Assembly: GCA_963710605.1 (NCBI GenBank)
Contig: CAVQBA010000003.1
Span: 1-50,705 of the forward strand
Direction of reading: 5' to 3'
Length of the DNA: 50,705 nt
From: an uncultured cyanobacterium
Lineage (GTDB): Bacteria > Cyanobacteriota > Cyanobacteriia > Cyanobacteriales > Cyanobacteriaceae
A program made the translations under genes and the position numbers. This document shows, piece by piece, positions 40,338 through 50,528 of the stretch; position 1 is the first letter of the stretch, and each line of letters starts with the position of its first letter. The notes beneath the pieces were generated by a model. It saw only the letters and a program-made list of their open reading frames with translations. It was not told the origin of the DNA and made no database searches.

Positions 40338-42089
40338 TTATTTAGTACTAAGCCACTTGTCGAAATTTTCTTGTTGTTGTGGGGTAGGATTGTCAATTAT
40401 TTTGATTTCGTAACTAGATGGTTTAGGAGAATCAAGGGTAACAGAAAATGTTTGTAATTCTTCTTGATGGAAAATAGTCAATTGAATTGTATCTCCTGCT
40501 TGATAATCTTCTAGTCTTTGGGTTAAATTATCACTAGTAACTCGATAACCATCGATTGCTAACAATTCATCACCTGCATCGATACCTACTGTACCCGCAG
40601 GAGAATCGGCATCAACGAAAGTTATTTTATCTGTACAATCTTGTTTAGTGATGGTAATACCTAAATAAGGCACAACTTTTTCGTCATCTTCTTGTTTTGC
40701 TTCTAAGGTTAAGCCAAAAGGTGCGAGATATTCATTAAAAGGTAACTCTGTTGTTGTTTGTAAATACAGATGGAAAAACTCAGTTAAATCAGTTTGGGCA
40801 ATCGTTTCTATTTCGGTGATTAATTGCTGAGGAGAATAACCAATTTCGTCCTTACCAAATTTTTGCCACATTACTCTCATTACATCATCATAAGAATTTT
40901 CATTATTGGTATTATCTCTAATAATTAAATCTAAGAAAAGAGCGATAAATTGTCCTTTTAAATAATAAGAAATTTGATTGTTATTACTATAAGTATCTCG
41001 GCGATATAATTTAATCCAAGCATCATAACTAGATTCGGCTAATGGTTGAATTTTACGACCACGAGTATTGAGATATTGACTAATATCTTTACTTAATAAT
41101 TTCAAACATTCTTGACGATCGTATATTTTCGATCGAACTGGTAAAATCATATCATAATAACTAGTAGAGCCTTCACAAAACCACAAAGAAGGAGTGTAAT
41201 TTTCTTGATCATAATCAAACTTTTCTAGTGCTTGAGGACGTATTCTTTTTACATTCCATAAATGGAAGAATTCATGCGTTACTAGTTGCAGAAAACGGTT
41301 ATATTTATCTTTGTCTTTAAAACCGAAACGAGGATAATTCAATACAGTACAATCTTTATGCTCTAAACCACCAAAGCCACTAGCAGATAAATGTAACAAG
41401 AAGAAATAATTATCATAAGGCAAACCACCAAACATTTCCGATTCAGTTTGAATGATTTTTTTAGTATCTTCTATAATACGATCGATTTCGATATTTCCTT
41501 CACCCCAAATTACCCATTGATGTGATTTATCTTCTACGGTAAAATTATGTTTAGATTGTAAACCAATTTCAAATGGACTATCAACTAAAGTATCAAAATT
41601 TTCGGCAATAAATGTATTTTTTTTCGTAGATACTTGTGGTAAAGCCGTGGTGATTTGCCAATCTGGGTGGGGAGTTTCGATCGTAACTGAAATAGGAATA
41701 TTTTCGTAATTAGGAATATAAAAAAATAAAGCCGCTCCAGTCAAAAAACCATGAGTTGCATCTAAATGATTTGTTCTAACTGTCAATTCATTAGCATACA
41801 TTTGATAGCTAATCGTTATTTTGTCGTCGTTATTAGTTTCAATTAACCAACTATTTTTAGCTATTTTTTTAGTAACTAAATCTTTATTTTTGAGTGTGTT
41901 TTTCGCAGAGAAGTTTTGTAAATGTCTAACATATTCTCTCACTAAATAAGAGCCAGGTGTCCACACAGGCATTCTTAAATTTAAACTGGTTTCTTGCCAA
42001 TTATCAATCTCTAATTTGACGTTGAATAAATGACTTTCTGGTTGAGGCATCGAAACATGATAATTTATACTTATTCCTTCTTGGTTCAT
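40338..42089 (-). CDS. M61 family glycyl aminopeptidase with PDZ domain
   Basis: MPVWTPGSYLVREY, GGLEH, HEFFH, LWFCEG.TSYY, ISYYLKG; PDZ motifs SPA..GI..GDELLAIDG. Confidence 0.93.
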   Translation of the reverse strand: MNQEGISINYHVSMPQPESHLFNVKLEIDNWQETSLNLRMPVWTPGSYLVREYVRHLQNFSAKNTLKNKDLVTKKIAKNSWLIETNNDDKITISYQMYANELTVRTNHLDATHGFLTGAALFFYIPNYENIPISVTIETPHPDWQITTALPQVSTKKNTFIAENFDTLVDSPFEIGLQSKHNFTVEDKSHQWVIWGEGNIEIDRIIEDTKKIIQTESEMFGGLPYDNYFFLLHLSASGFGGLEHKDCTVLNYPRFGFKDKDKYNRFLQLVTHEFFHLWNVKRIRPQALEKFDYDQENYTPSLWFCEGSTSYYDMILPVRSKIYDRQECLKLLSKDISQYLNTRGRKIQPLAESSYDAWIKLYRRDTYSNNNQISYYLKGQFIALFLDLIIRDNTNNENSYDDVMRVMWQKFGKDEIGYSPQQLITEIETIAQTDLTEFFHLYLQTTTELPFNEYLAPFGLTLEAKQEDDEKVVPYLGITITKQDCTDKITFVDADSPAGTVGIDAGDELLAIDGYRVTSDNLTQRLEDYQAGDTIQLTIFHQEELQTFSVTLDSPKPSSYEIKIIDNPTPQQQENFDKWLSTK

Positions 42090-42222
42090 CAAAAATACCC
42101 TTTCTTCTTTTTATTACCTGTATCTTTTTATTTTAATGCTACTGCACAATTTATAATTGGTAAATCGATCTCTACAATATGTTAATAACGTGATAATTTT
42201 CAATCCAAATACTTAAAACACT

Positions 42223-42330
42223 CAACCACTTAACCACTCAACCACTCAACCACTCAACCACTCAACCACTCAACCACTCAACCACTCAACCACTCAACCA
42301 CCCCTAACCCCTCCTTCAAAAGGAGGGGAA
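42223..42330. repeat. CAACCACT octamer tandem (about 10 copies) plus GC hairpin
   Basis: Tandem 8-mers at 42223-42302, then CCCCTCCTTCAAAAGGAGGGG. Confidence 0.85.
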
Positions 42331-42414
42331 TTTGATTTAACTGTTTTAGCTAACTTATTTACTGCTATACAATCAATTTAAGGTTAATCGGTTTATCATC
42401 AGTTAATTAATTTT

Positions 42415-43272
42415 ATGAGCAAAACAGCATCTATTTCTGTCGTTAAAAATACAGCATGGCAAGGAAAACTCGATTTAGTTTATCATCATCCTAAAGATAC
42501 AACCAAAATCAAATCAGTTTATACTCAAGCACCATTTAAAATACAAAGACCATTTTATCCTGAAGGTAAGTCTATTTGTCATACTGTAATTATGCACACC
42601 GCAGGAGGAATTGTCGGTGGTGATATTCTACAGCAAAATATTCACCTTTTACCTAATGCTCAAGTTTTACTTACTACTCCTAGTGCTAGTAAAATTTATC
42701 GCTCAGCTCAAAAAAAAGCGATTCAAACAATAGAAATAACTTTAGAAAAAGATAGCTATTTAGAATATTTACCGCAAGAAACGATCGTTTTTAATCAAGC
42801 TCAATTTGCCCAAAAAACCCTAATTAAATTAGCTGAAAATAGCAGTTTTATAACTTGGGAAATTAATCGTTTCGGACGTAGTGCTAGAGGAGAAGATTTT
42901 AGTGAGGGAAAATGGCGTAATAGTTTAGAAATTTGGCAAGGGCGAAAACCACTGTGGATTGATCGTAAATTAGTTGTCGGAGAAAATAATCATTTTTATA
43001 GTTTAAATGGTTTAAATAGTAAACCAGTAGTTGGTAGCTTGATTTTTATACCTAGGGTGGAAGTAAAAGATTTGATCTTATCAATGAGAGAATTAATCAT
43101 GGTAGAATTTCCCGATCGACTAGTTGTTGTAACTAAAATACAAAAAGGTATATTATGTCGTTATCATGGTGAGTCAGTTAGTGATTGTCGGCAGATATTT
43201 ATTAGTCTTTGGCAACTGTTAAGAAAAACTCAAAACTTCGATCGTAATTTCACTTCAAGAATTTGGAATTAA
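42415..43272 (+). CDS. ureD: Urease accessory protein UreD
   Basis: WQGKLDL, APFKIQRPFYPEG, HTAGGIVGGD, TTPSASKIYRS, LEYLPQETIVF, GRSARGE.F. Confidence 0.93.
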   Translation: MSKTASISVVKNTAWQGKLDLVYHHPKDTTKIKSVYTQAPFKIQRPFYPEGKSICHTVIMHTAGGIVGGDILQQNIHLLPNAQVLLTTPSASKIYRSAQKKAIQTIEITLEKDSYLEYLPQETIVFNQAQFAQKTLIKLAENSSFITWEINRFGRSARGEDFSEGKWRNSLEIWQGRKPLWIDRKLVVGENNHFYSLNGLNSKPVVGSLIFIPRVEVKDLILSMRELIMVEFPDRLVVVTKIQKGILCRYHGESVSDCRQIFISLWQLLRKTQNFDRNFTSRIWN

Positions 43273-43274
43273 GC

Positions 43275-43381
43275 TATAGCAAGTAACGGCTAAGGCGTGG
43301 ACATTTCAATTAAGTTTCCCCCTTTTATAAGGGGGATTAAGGGGGATCAATAACGTGCTAATTATCTCTTTTTCTGCTATA
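43275..43381. mobile_element. MITE-like element (TATAGCA...TGCTATA) with GC hairpin
   Basis: Same terminal motif and internal CCCCCTT..AAGGGGGATTAAGGGGG as the copies at 4020 and 46095. Confidence 0.55.
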
Positions 43382-43826
43382 AATTAATTTTTTCGAGCAT
43401 TTTTAAAAATACGATAAATTAGAATTACTAAAGCCATTACTATAACAATCAAATCTTTAATCCTGAACTTTCAATACTTCGACATGAGAGGTAGTCAAAA
43501 CTCAGCATAAATTGTTAATTATTAATTATTCATTGTTCATTGTTCATTGTTCATTGTTTATCGTTTTGTAAAGAATAAGGTCAAAATAAAACTTTTGAAT
43601 TATCATTTAGATCTCAGTAAGTCATTAATAGTCTTTTGGTTATTTGACCGATCGATAATTATCAAGATAATTGCGTGAAAATACTTATTTAATATTTTTT
43701 TAGTTTTTAATAAAAACTCGATATTATAATAATAACTTTATTATTAATATTCAATCTTAGATCTTGATAAAATAATTACTGATAAATTGTTGTTTATGAT
43801 TTAGTATTAAGCTAAAAAATACGATC

Positions 43827-44492
43827 GTGAAATATGACATTCGTTATCGCCCTGCCTTTGCCACAATCTTTGTCACACTCGCCCCCGGAGACAAAATGAC
43901 AGCAGAAGCTGGTGCAATGGTTAGTATGGATGGAAAGGTGTCAATGACAACAGAATTTTCAGGTGGTTTTTTCCCGGGATTGATACGTAAGTTTTTCGGT
44001 GGAGAATCTTTGTTTGTCAATGTTTTCAGTAATCCCACTAGCACTCCTTTAAATGTAGTTTTAACTCAAAACCTGATAGGTGATATAGAAGCGATAAAAC
44101 TAGACGGTAAGACAATTTGTTTACAACCAGGTGCTTATATTGCTCATACTCCAGGGGCGAAAATGGGTGTAAGGTGGGCAGGATTTGCTAGTTGGTTTGC
44201 AGGAGAAGGTTTATTCAAACTCCAATTTAGTGGTAGTGGTCGTGTAATGTTTGGTAGCTATGGCGGAATTACCCAAAAAGAAATTAACGGTGAATTTGTA
44301 GTTGATAACAGCCATTTGGTAGCTTACGATTCAGGTATCAAAATGAATGTCGCTTTATCTGGTAACTTAATTTCCTCAATTACCTCTGGTGAAGGTTTTG
44401 TTAATAAACTAAAAGGTAACGGTACAATTTTTCTGCAATCTCGTAGCGTTGGTGGTTTGGTTGGCTTTTTATCTCCTAAAGTAAGAGGATAA
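43827..44492 (+). CDS. TIGR00266/AIM24 family protein 1
   Basis: AEAGAMVSM, GGESLF, GEGLF, VVDNSHLVA; GTG start. Confidence 0.9.
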   Translation: MKYDIRYRPAFATIFVTLAPGDKMTAEAGAMVSMDGKVSMTTEFSGGFFPGLIRKFFGGESLFVNVFSNPTSTPLNVVLTQNLIGDIEAIKLDGKTICLQPGAYIAHTPGAKMGVRWAGFASWFAGEGLFKLQFSGSGRVMFGSYGGITQKEINGEFVVDNSHLVAYDSGIKMNVALSGNLISSITSGEGFVNKLKGNGTIFLQSRSVGGLVGFLSPKVRG

Positions 44493-44499
44493 TTAATGA

Positions 44500-44582
44500 A
44501 CAATTAACAATTAACAATTAACAATTAACAGTTATTCTCAATTCTCAATTCTCTTACTGAACAATTCTCAATTCTCAATTCT
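44500..44582. repeat. STRR-type heptamers (ACAATTA; ATTCTCA)
   Basis: Tandem 7-mers. Confidence 0.75.
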
Positions 44583-44589
44583 GAAAGTT

Positions 44590-45267
44590 ATGGATATAGA
44601 TATATTACAACAACCAGATAGTACGATCGCAAAAGTTACCTTATCAGCTAATGAAGAGTTAGTCTCCGAAGCAGGGGCGATGATAGCGATGAGTGAATTT
44701 TTAAATGTTAGCACCACCCTCAGAAAAGGAAAAGGAGGAGGGATTATGGGAGGCTTAAAACGAATGTTAGCAGGAGAATCTTTATTTTTAAGTGTTTATC
44801 GTTGCTATCAACCCCAAGGTGAAATATTTTTAGCACCAAAATTGTTGGGAGATATAATAATTTACCAAATGCAAGGCAAAGAATTAGTAGTCCAATCAAC
44901 CACTTATTTAGCTTCTGCCTCAGGAGTAGATATAGATTTAGGTTTTACAGGTTTTAAATCGGTATTTTCAGGAGAATCTGTTTTTTGGCTAAGTATAACA
45001 GGTTTTGGTCCAGTAATTTTAAGCTCGTTTGGTGGTATTTATGAAATAGACGTTGACGGTGAATATGTAGTCGATACAGGGCATATTGTTGCTTTTGAAA
45101 GAAGTCTTGATTATAAAATCGCTAAAGCAGGAGAAAGTTTAATCGGCTCTTTTTTAGGTGGAGAAGGTTTAGTTTGTCGCTTTTTTGGGCAGGGAAAAGT
45201 TTATTGTCAAACCCATAATTCTCGTGGTTTTGGACGTACAGTCGGTAGTCGTCTTCCTCCCAGATGA
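44590..45267 (+). CDS. TIGR00266/AIM24 family protein 2
   Basis: EAGAMIAM, AGESLF, VVDTGHIVAF, GGEGLVCRF. Confidence 0.9.
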   Translation: MDIDILQQPDSTIAKVTLSANEELVSEAGAMIAMSEFLNVSTTLRKGKGGGIMGGLKRMLAGESLFLSVYRCYQPQGEIFLAPKLLGDIIIYQMQGKELVVQSTTYLASASGVDIDLGFTGFKSVFSGESVFWLSITGFGPVILSSFGGIYEIDVDGEYVVDTGHIVAFERSLDYKIAKAGESLIGSFLGGEGLVCRFFGQGKVYCQTHNSRGFGRTVGSRLPPR

Positions 45268-45364
45268 TAATAAGAGTTAAGAGTTAAAAGTTACAAGACG
45301 AAAAAATGTTGAGTGTAAAACCTTTTGATTAAACCAAAATTTGTAGTTGTTATATTTTTTTATT

Positions 45365-46072
45365 ATGGATATTTTAAAGTCGGATATTAAATATAGAATC
45401 GAACATAATCCCGCTTATGGTTTTTTGATTTTAGAGTTAGAAGCCAATCAAAAAGTCATTGTTGAAGCAGGTGGTATGGCGGCAATGGATACCTCAATTA
45501 GGATGAAGTCTAATATGCGTGGTGGCTTAGGTAAAGGAATTGGTAGAATGTTAGGCGGTGAATCTTTGTTTTTAAGTGAATTTACCGCTCAAGGAATGCC
45601 AGGGGAATTATATATTTCGCCTGCTGTGCCTGGGGATATTACTCATTATTATTTAAACTCAAATTGTGGTTTAATTGTTCAGTCTTCTGGTTTTGTTGCT
45701 TGTGGTGAAGAAATTGATATTGATACAAAATTTCAAGGGTTTAAAGGCTTTTTTAGTGGTGAATCTATATTCTTATTAAAAGCTACAGGTAGAGGTGATT
45801 TTTGGTTTAGCTCTTATGGGGCTATTATTGAAGTTGATGTTAGTAATAATTACGTTGTCGATACGGGTTATATCGTCGCTTTTGAAGATACTTTAACTTA
45901 TAATGTAGAGGTATTCGGGGGGCTTTCTTTTCGTGGCTTAAGAACAGGTATATTAGGCGGAGAAGGTTTAGTTTGTCGTTTTAGCGGTCAAGGAAAATTA
46001 TGGTTACAATCTCGTAATTTATATCCTTTACTTAACTTTCTTAATCCTTTTCGCCCTGTTAAAAGTGATTAA
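45365..46072 (+). CDS. TIGR00266/AIM24 family protein 3
   Basis: EAGGMAAM, GGESLF, VVDTGYIVAF, GGEGLVCRFSG. Confidence 0.9.
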   Translation: MDILKSDIKYRIEHNPAYGFLILELEANQKVIVEAGGMAAMDTSIRMKSNMRGGLGKGIGRMLGGESLFLSEFTAQGMPGELYISPAVPGDITHYYLNSNCGLIVQSSGFVACGEEIDIDTKFQGFKGFFSGESIFLLKATGRGDFWFSSYGAIIEVDVSNNYVVDTGYIVAFEDTLTYNVEVFGGLSFRGLRTGILGGEGLVCRFSGQGKLWLQSRNLYPLLNFLNPFRPVKSD

Positions 46073-46094
46073 TACTAATCAATATTTATAGATA

Positions 46095-46203
46095 TATAGC
46101 AATTATCACCATTATGAAAGACAAAGAAATCCCCCTAAATCCCCCTTTGTAAAGGGGACTTATTGATTATTAACTGTACCTCACAAGTATGGGAAACGCT
46201 ATA
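46095..46203. mobile_element. MITE-like element with TIRs of about 29 nt and GC hairpin
   Basis: TATAGCAATTATCACCATTATGAAAGACA / TGTACCTCACAAGTATGGGAAACGCTATA; internal CCCCCTAAATCCCCCTTTGTAAAGGGG. Confidence 0.65.
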
Positions 46204-46457
46204 GTGGTTTTAATTAAGAATGAAATAGTATTAATAATCGTAAAAATGCAAAACTCTTAATTCACCTTGCAATAAATTGACAAGGCTCATAAAATAACGT
46301 TCAATGAATTGAACTTCAATATTAATACTAAAAAAGTATCTGATTCGATCGATTTGAAACAACTATAACTAATAATTTTTTTAACAATTCCTAATTCTCC
46401 ATTCTCCCCGAATAATTGCAAAGCAAGAATTCATCTCCATTCTCAATTTTGAAAGCC

Positions 46458-47273
46458 GTGCCTTATAATTCACCAATTAGCGATCGTAATCCAGAAACAA
46501 ATAACAAACAACTATTGACCATTATTGGTTTATTTTTGGGTGTAACTTTATTAATCATTGCCAGTTTATTTTTTTTAGTTAATCAAGTAATTAATTTTAT
46601 TCCTGTAAGTGTTGAACAAAAATTAGGAAAAGCTGTTTTTGCTCAGTTAGATTTACCTAAAGAAAAACGAGATTTGACAACCGAAAAAAAACTCAATCAA
46701 TTATTAGATAAATTAGAAGCGACAATACCGAATGATAGTATTGCTAAAAGAGATTATTCACTCACCTATATTAAAGAAGACACTGTCAATGCTTTAGCTA
46801 TCCCTGGAGATAGAATTATTATCTATCAAGGATTATTAGATAAAGTAAACTCAGAAAACGAATTGAGTATGGTTTTAGGGCATGAAATTGGTCATTTTGC
46901 TAATCGAGATCATTTACGTGGTATAGGTAACTTATTATTAGTACAAATACTAATTTCCTTTTTTCTAGGTCAAAATGATTTTATCGATACAGGAGCAAAA
47001 ATTGCTAATACGGTAGTTAATGCTCAATACTCTCAAAACCAAGAAGTAAAAGCCGACGAATTTGGCTTACATATATTAAACGATTATTACGGACACGTAG
47101 CAGGGGCAACAGACTTTTTTCGTCAATTAGAAGCCCAAACACCTCGTCAAATTGCTTTTTTATCTAGTCATCCTGTACCCAAAAAAAGAGTTAAAAAACT
47201 AAAAAAACTAATTAAAAGCGAAAATTATAATTTAGGAAAAAAAACCCCTCTTAATATGAAGAGTAAGGAGTAA
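46458..47273 (+). CDS. M48 family metallopeptidase, membrane-anchored
   Basis: N-terminal TM segment, NALAIPG, HEIGH, YSQNQEVKAD, LSSHP; GTG 46458 is a plausible start. Confidence 0.88.
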   Translation: MPYNSPISDRNPETNNKQLLTIIGLFLGVTLLIIASLFFLVNQVINFIPVSVEQKLGKAVFAQLDLPKEKRDLTTEKKLNQLLDKLEATIPNDSIAKRDYSLTYIKEDTVNALAIPGDRIIIYQGLLDKVNSENELSMVLGHEIGHFANRDHLRGIGNLLLVQILISFFLGQNDFIDTGAKIANTVVNAQYSQNQEVKADEFGLHILNDYYGHVAGATDFFRQLEAQTPRQIAFLSSHPVPKKRVKKLKKLIKSENYNLGKKTPLNMKSKE

Positions 47274-47440
47274 TAAGTAAAAAGTAAGGAGTAATAAGTA
47301 AAAAGTAAGGAGTAATAAGTAAGGAGTAAGGAGTAATGAGTAATGAGTAATGAGTAAGGAGTAAGGAGTAAGGAGTAATAAGTAAGGAGTAATAAGTAAG
47401 GAGTAATGAGTAAGGAGTAATGAGTAAAAAGTAATGAGTC
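47261..47440. repeat. Long degenerate heptamer array (RAGTAA[G/T/A]), about 25 units
   Basis: GAGTAAG/GAGTAAT/AAGTAAG units overlapping the M48 stop codon. Confidence 0.9.
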
Positions 47441-47744
47441 AATTATTTAGTTCTTCATTGTTAATTATTCATTGTAAATTGTTCATTATTATCTGTAGTT
47501 GTCTTTTCGCCGTGACATTTGATGTTGTGAGTCTAGTTATTATCTAGTATGATTGTCAAGGCTTATGTAATTTTAACGATCGAAACGAAACATATTTTCT
47601 TGAGAGAATCAACGATTGATCGTTTATTTACCATCTTCAATTTATGCTGAGCAGTGTCGAACGAGCGATTAATGTTAGTTAATCAAATAAGATCAAGTTC
47701 GTAATTATCAATTATCAATTATCAATTATCAATTGTTTTGCCAT

Positions 47745-49421
47745 ATGACTTTTTCATCTTCTAGTCAAACTAAATCTTACCCCACCATTAGACCAATTAC
47801 GGCTACCTCAATTGATGGGATTACTTTTATCAAACAAAAACTATATGCGATCGATTCACGTAATGGTTTTATCTTAGAAATAAATCCCTCAACTAGTGTC
47901 ACGAAAATAGTTAACGATACCGATTGGGAAGACTTCATCGGGGCAAAAGGTTTATGTTTTAAAGATGAAAAACTTTGGTTTACTAGACAAGAAAATGTTT
48001 ATGTTTGCGAAATAAATTGGCAAGAAGATACCTTAAAAATAACTTCACCACCACAATATTGTTTTAGTGTCTCCGCCTCTTGTTCAGGAATAGCTATCTA
48101 TCATAATACAATTTATCTAACTACCCAAAAAACAGGTCATATCCTTGTTTATTCGGTTACAGGAGACGAAATAACTCAGTTTTATACACCGGGGATAGGT
48201 GCAGAAAATATTACCATTAAAGACGAAGAAATATGGTTGTCTGATGTTATCGAACAAAGTGTTTATTGTTTGGATAGATCGACAGGTACAACCAAATTCA
48301 GCTTACTCACTCCTTTTGAATCTCCTAGTGCGATCGCTTTTTATCATGACGAAGAAGAGCAAAAAGATATATTATATATAGCCTATAGCGATCAAGAGCC
48401 TTATATTCGTGATAATCCTAATGCCGAACCAAATCATGAATTATTATACCGAGATCGTACCTTTATTCATCCTTTATATTTCCGTTACGACGAAGAAAAT
48501 AAATATACCCTTACCAATGGCTTTTTGCTAGAAATGACTTATGTTGAAGAAATTTCGCCCTTAGACAAAATAGAAATAGAAGATTTAGAATGGCGTATTG
48601 CTTTACCGACGCAAAGTGCCAGACAAAAAATCAAAAGTATTGAGCCAGTTGGTTTACCTTATACTGAAGAAAATCATGATGGTCAAAAAGTCGCTGTATT
48701 CAAATTTCCTAAATTTACCTCTAACCAACGTTTTGTTTTTGGTTGGCGAGTAATATTAGAAGTGTGGAGTATCAAATATCAACTCAAACCTTATGATTGT
48801 GAAAGTTTACCACCTCTTCCTCAAGATTTTGAAGGTAAATATTTAATTGATGATGATAACTTGATGATGAATAGCGACATCATTTTGCAAGCGGCAGAAA
48901 ATGCTCGTGGAAGAGAAACAAACTTGTTACGTAAGATGTATAGTATCCGTAACTATGTTTATGATCATCTTACCTATGGCATCAAACCTCATATCGATAC
49001 CCCCGACATTGTACTTAAAAGAGGCGTTGGTTCTTGTGGTGAGTACTTGGGGTTATTGTTAGCTTTATCTCGCTTAAACGGTGTTGCTAGTCGTACTGTA
49101 GGGCGTTATAAATGTCCTGTCAAAGTCCTTCATTTTGGTATTCCTTTAGTTCCTGATTTCAATCATGTATGGATGGAGTTTTATCTACCTAGTATTGGTT
49201 GGTTGCCGATGGAATCTAACCCTGATGACTTAGATAATGGTGGCCCCTATCCGACTCGATTTTTTATGGGTTTGTCTTGGTATCACGTAGAAATGGCTAA
49301 AGATACTGCTTTTGAAACGATTCAAAGTAAGGGTGAAAAGATTAATAAAGAAGTAACATCGATCGGGCAATTAGCAATTAATCATGTGACTTTTAATATC
49401 ATTGAAGAATTACAGCCGTAA
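47745..49421 (+). CDS. Transglutaminase-like domain protein with N-terminal beta-propeller-like region
   Basis: GSCGEY (Cys), NHVWMEFY (His) and GWLPME in the C-terminal domain. Confidence 0.85.
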   Translation: MTFSSSSQTKSYPTIRPITATSIDGITFIKQKLYAIDSRNGFILEINPSTSVTKIVNDTDWEDFIGAKGLCFKDEKLWFTRQENVYVCEINWQEDTLKITSPPQYCFSVSASCSGIAIYHNTIYLTTQKTGHILVYSVTGDEITQFYTPGIGAENITIKDEEIWLSDVIEQSVYCLDRSTGTTKFSLLTPFESPSAIAFYHDEEEQKDILYIAYSDQEPYIRDNPNAEPNHELLYRDRTFIHPLYFRYDEENKYTLTNGFLLEMTYVEEISPLDKIEIEDLEWRIALPTQSARQKIKSIEPVGLPYTEENHDGQKVAVFKFPKFTSNQRFVFGWRVILEVWSIKYQLKPYDCESLPPLPQDFEGKYLIDDDNLMMNSDIILQAAENARGRETNLLRKMYSIRNYVYDHLTYGIKPHIDTPDIVLKRGVGSCGEYLGLLLALSRLNGVASRTVGRYKCPVKVLHFGIPLVPDFNHVWMEFYLPSIGWLPMESNPDDLDNGGPYPTRFFMGLSWYHVEMAKDTAFETIQSKGEKINKEVTSIGQLAINHVTFNIIEELQP

Positions 49422-49633
49422 AAAAAACTAAGTAAGAAGCATAAATAATATTACTATTAGTAATTACTTTTTGAGACACGTAAGTGATATTTTTTTAATA
49501 AATTTTGTTTAATTAAAACTTTATCAAAAAAATATATTCTGATATCTGAAAACTATTGACTTATGATTTTTATTAAAGTATCATTCGAGCAAACATATTT
49601 ATTTTTCATTGATAATAATAAGGAGCTAAAAAA

Positions 49634-50299
49634 ATGTTTTCATCTAAATTTTTCAAAAAAGCTAGTATTTTTGGTTTAGCCACTACAGCTAGTGTATTGA
49701 CTTTGGGAGCAAGTAACTCCGCTCAGGCTGCTATTTTGTCCTATACAGGTACATTTGACGGTGATGATGATGTGGATTTCTTTCCCGTCAGTCTAGCCGA
49801 AACAGGTTTTATTACTGCTCAAACTTTTTCTTATGGCGGTGGAACTCAAGTCGATGGTAATGTCGTATCACGTGGTGGTTTCGATCCTATTATTGGTATC
49901 TTAGATTCTGTTGGCAATTTGGTTCTTCAAAGCGACGATGGTACAGGAAATGGAGATCCAGATACAGGAGTAACTTACGATACTTTTATTCAAGCTAGTG
50001 ATTTAGCCCCTGGCAATTACACAGTATTTATCGCTCAATACGATAATTTTTATGACGATGATAATGCGAATGATTTTAATTTTACCGCAGACCCAACATT
50101 TACTTCAGTATTTGGCTGTAGTAATGGTCAGTTTTGTGATTTCACTGAGGCAAACAGAAGTAATGAATACGCTATAGATATTAGTAATACCGAAAATATT
50201 ACTACTGAACCTGTACCTGAACCTGTAACTATCTTAGGTTCGGTAATAGCTTTGGGTGTAGGAAGTATTTTCAAAAAAAAGCGTCAAGAAATTAAATAA
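49634..50299 (+). CDS. PEP-CTERM sorted surface protein, DVUA0089-like
   Basis: AAGGAG RBS; signal peptide ending AQA; FDPIIGILD...DDG; C-terminal VPEP, TM segment and KKKR. Confidence 0.88.
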   Translation: MFSSKFFKKASIFGLATTASVLTLGASNSAQAAILSYTGTFDGDDDVDFFPVSLAETGFITAQTFSYGGGTQVDGNVVSRGGFDPIIGILDSVGNLVLQSDDGTGNGDPDTGVTYDTFIQASDLAPGNYTVFIAQYDNFYDDDNANDFNFTADPTFTSVFGCSNGQFCDFTEANRSNEYAIDISNTENITTEPVPEPVTILGSVIALGVGSIFKKKRQEIK

Positions 50300-50323
50300 T
50301 TAAATAATTAAATAATCGTCATG

Positions 50324-50363
50324 AAGTAAGTGTACCTAAACCATCATTTGGGTACACTTACTT
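50324..50363. terminator. Long inverted repeat after the PEP-CTERM gene
   Basis: AAGTAAGTGTACCTAAA-ccatca-TTTGGGTACACTTACTT. Confidence 0.65.
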
Positions 50364-50450
50364 ACTTTAAACTTGTAGCGATCGAATCTGCTATCTTAGA
50401 AACGAAAAAAAGATTACAATCACATTTGTACATTATTAGGTACAAGTATC

Positions 50451-50528
50451 ATGACAAATATTATCAATTTTAGTGAGGCTAAAAAAAACTTTAAATCTGT
50501 ACTAGACATCTGGGAGAAATTATATTGA
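50451..50528 (+). pseudogene. Phd/YefM antitoxin N-terminal stub
   Basis: MTNIINFSEAKKNFKSVLD then a stop; upstream TGTACA (50427) and GGTACA (50439) resemble YefM operator hexamers. Confidence 0.65.

Noticed and set aside
47251-47442. 63-aa ORF with LLITPYS repeats
   Set aside because: It is the translation of the heptamer tandem array.
2209-48381. Short ORFs overlapping long genes (2209, 11330, 11831, 19243, 19847, 23364, 28823, 29642, 29807, 31073, 32738, 36055, 43844, 48199)
   Set aside because: Antisense or alternative-frame shadows of well-supported genes, with no motifs.
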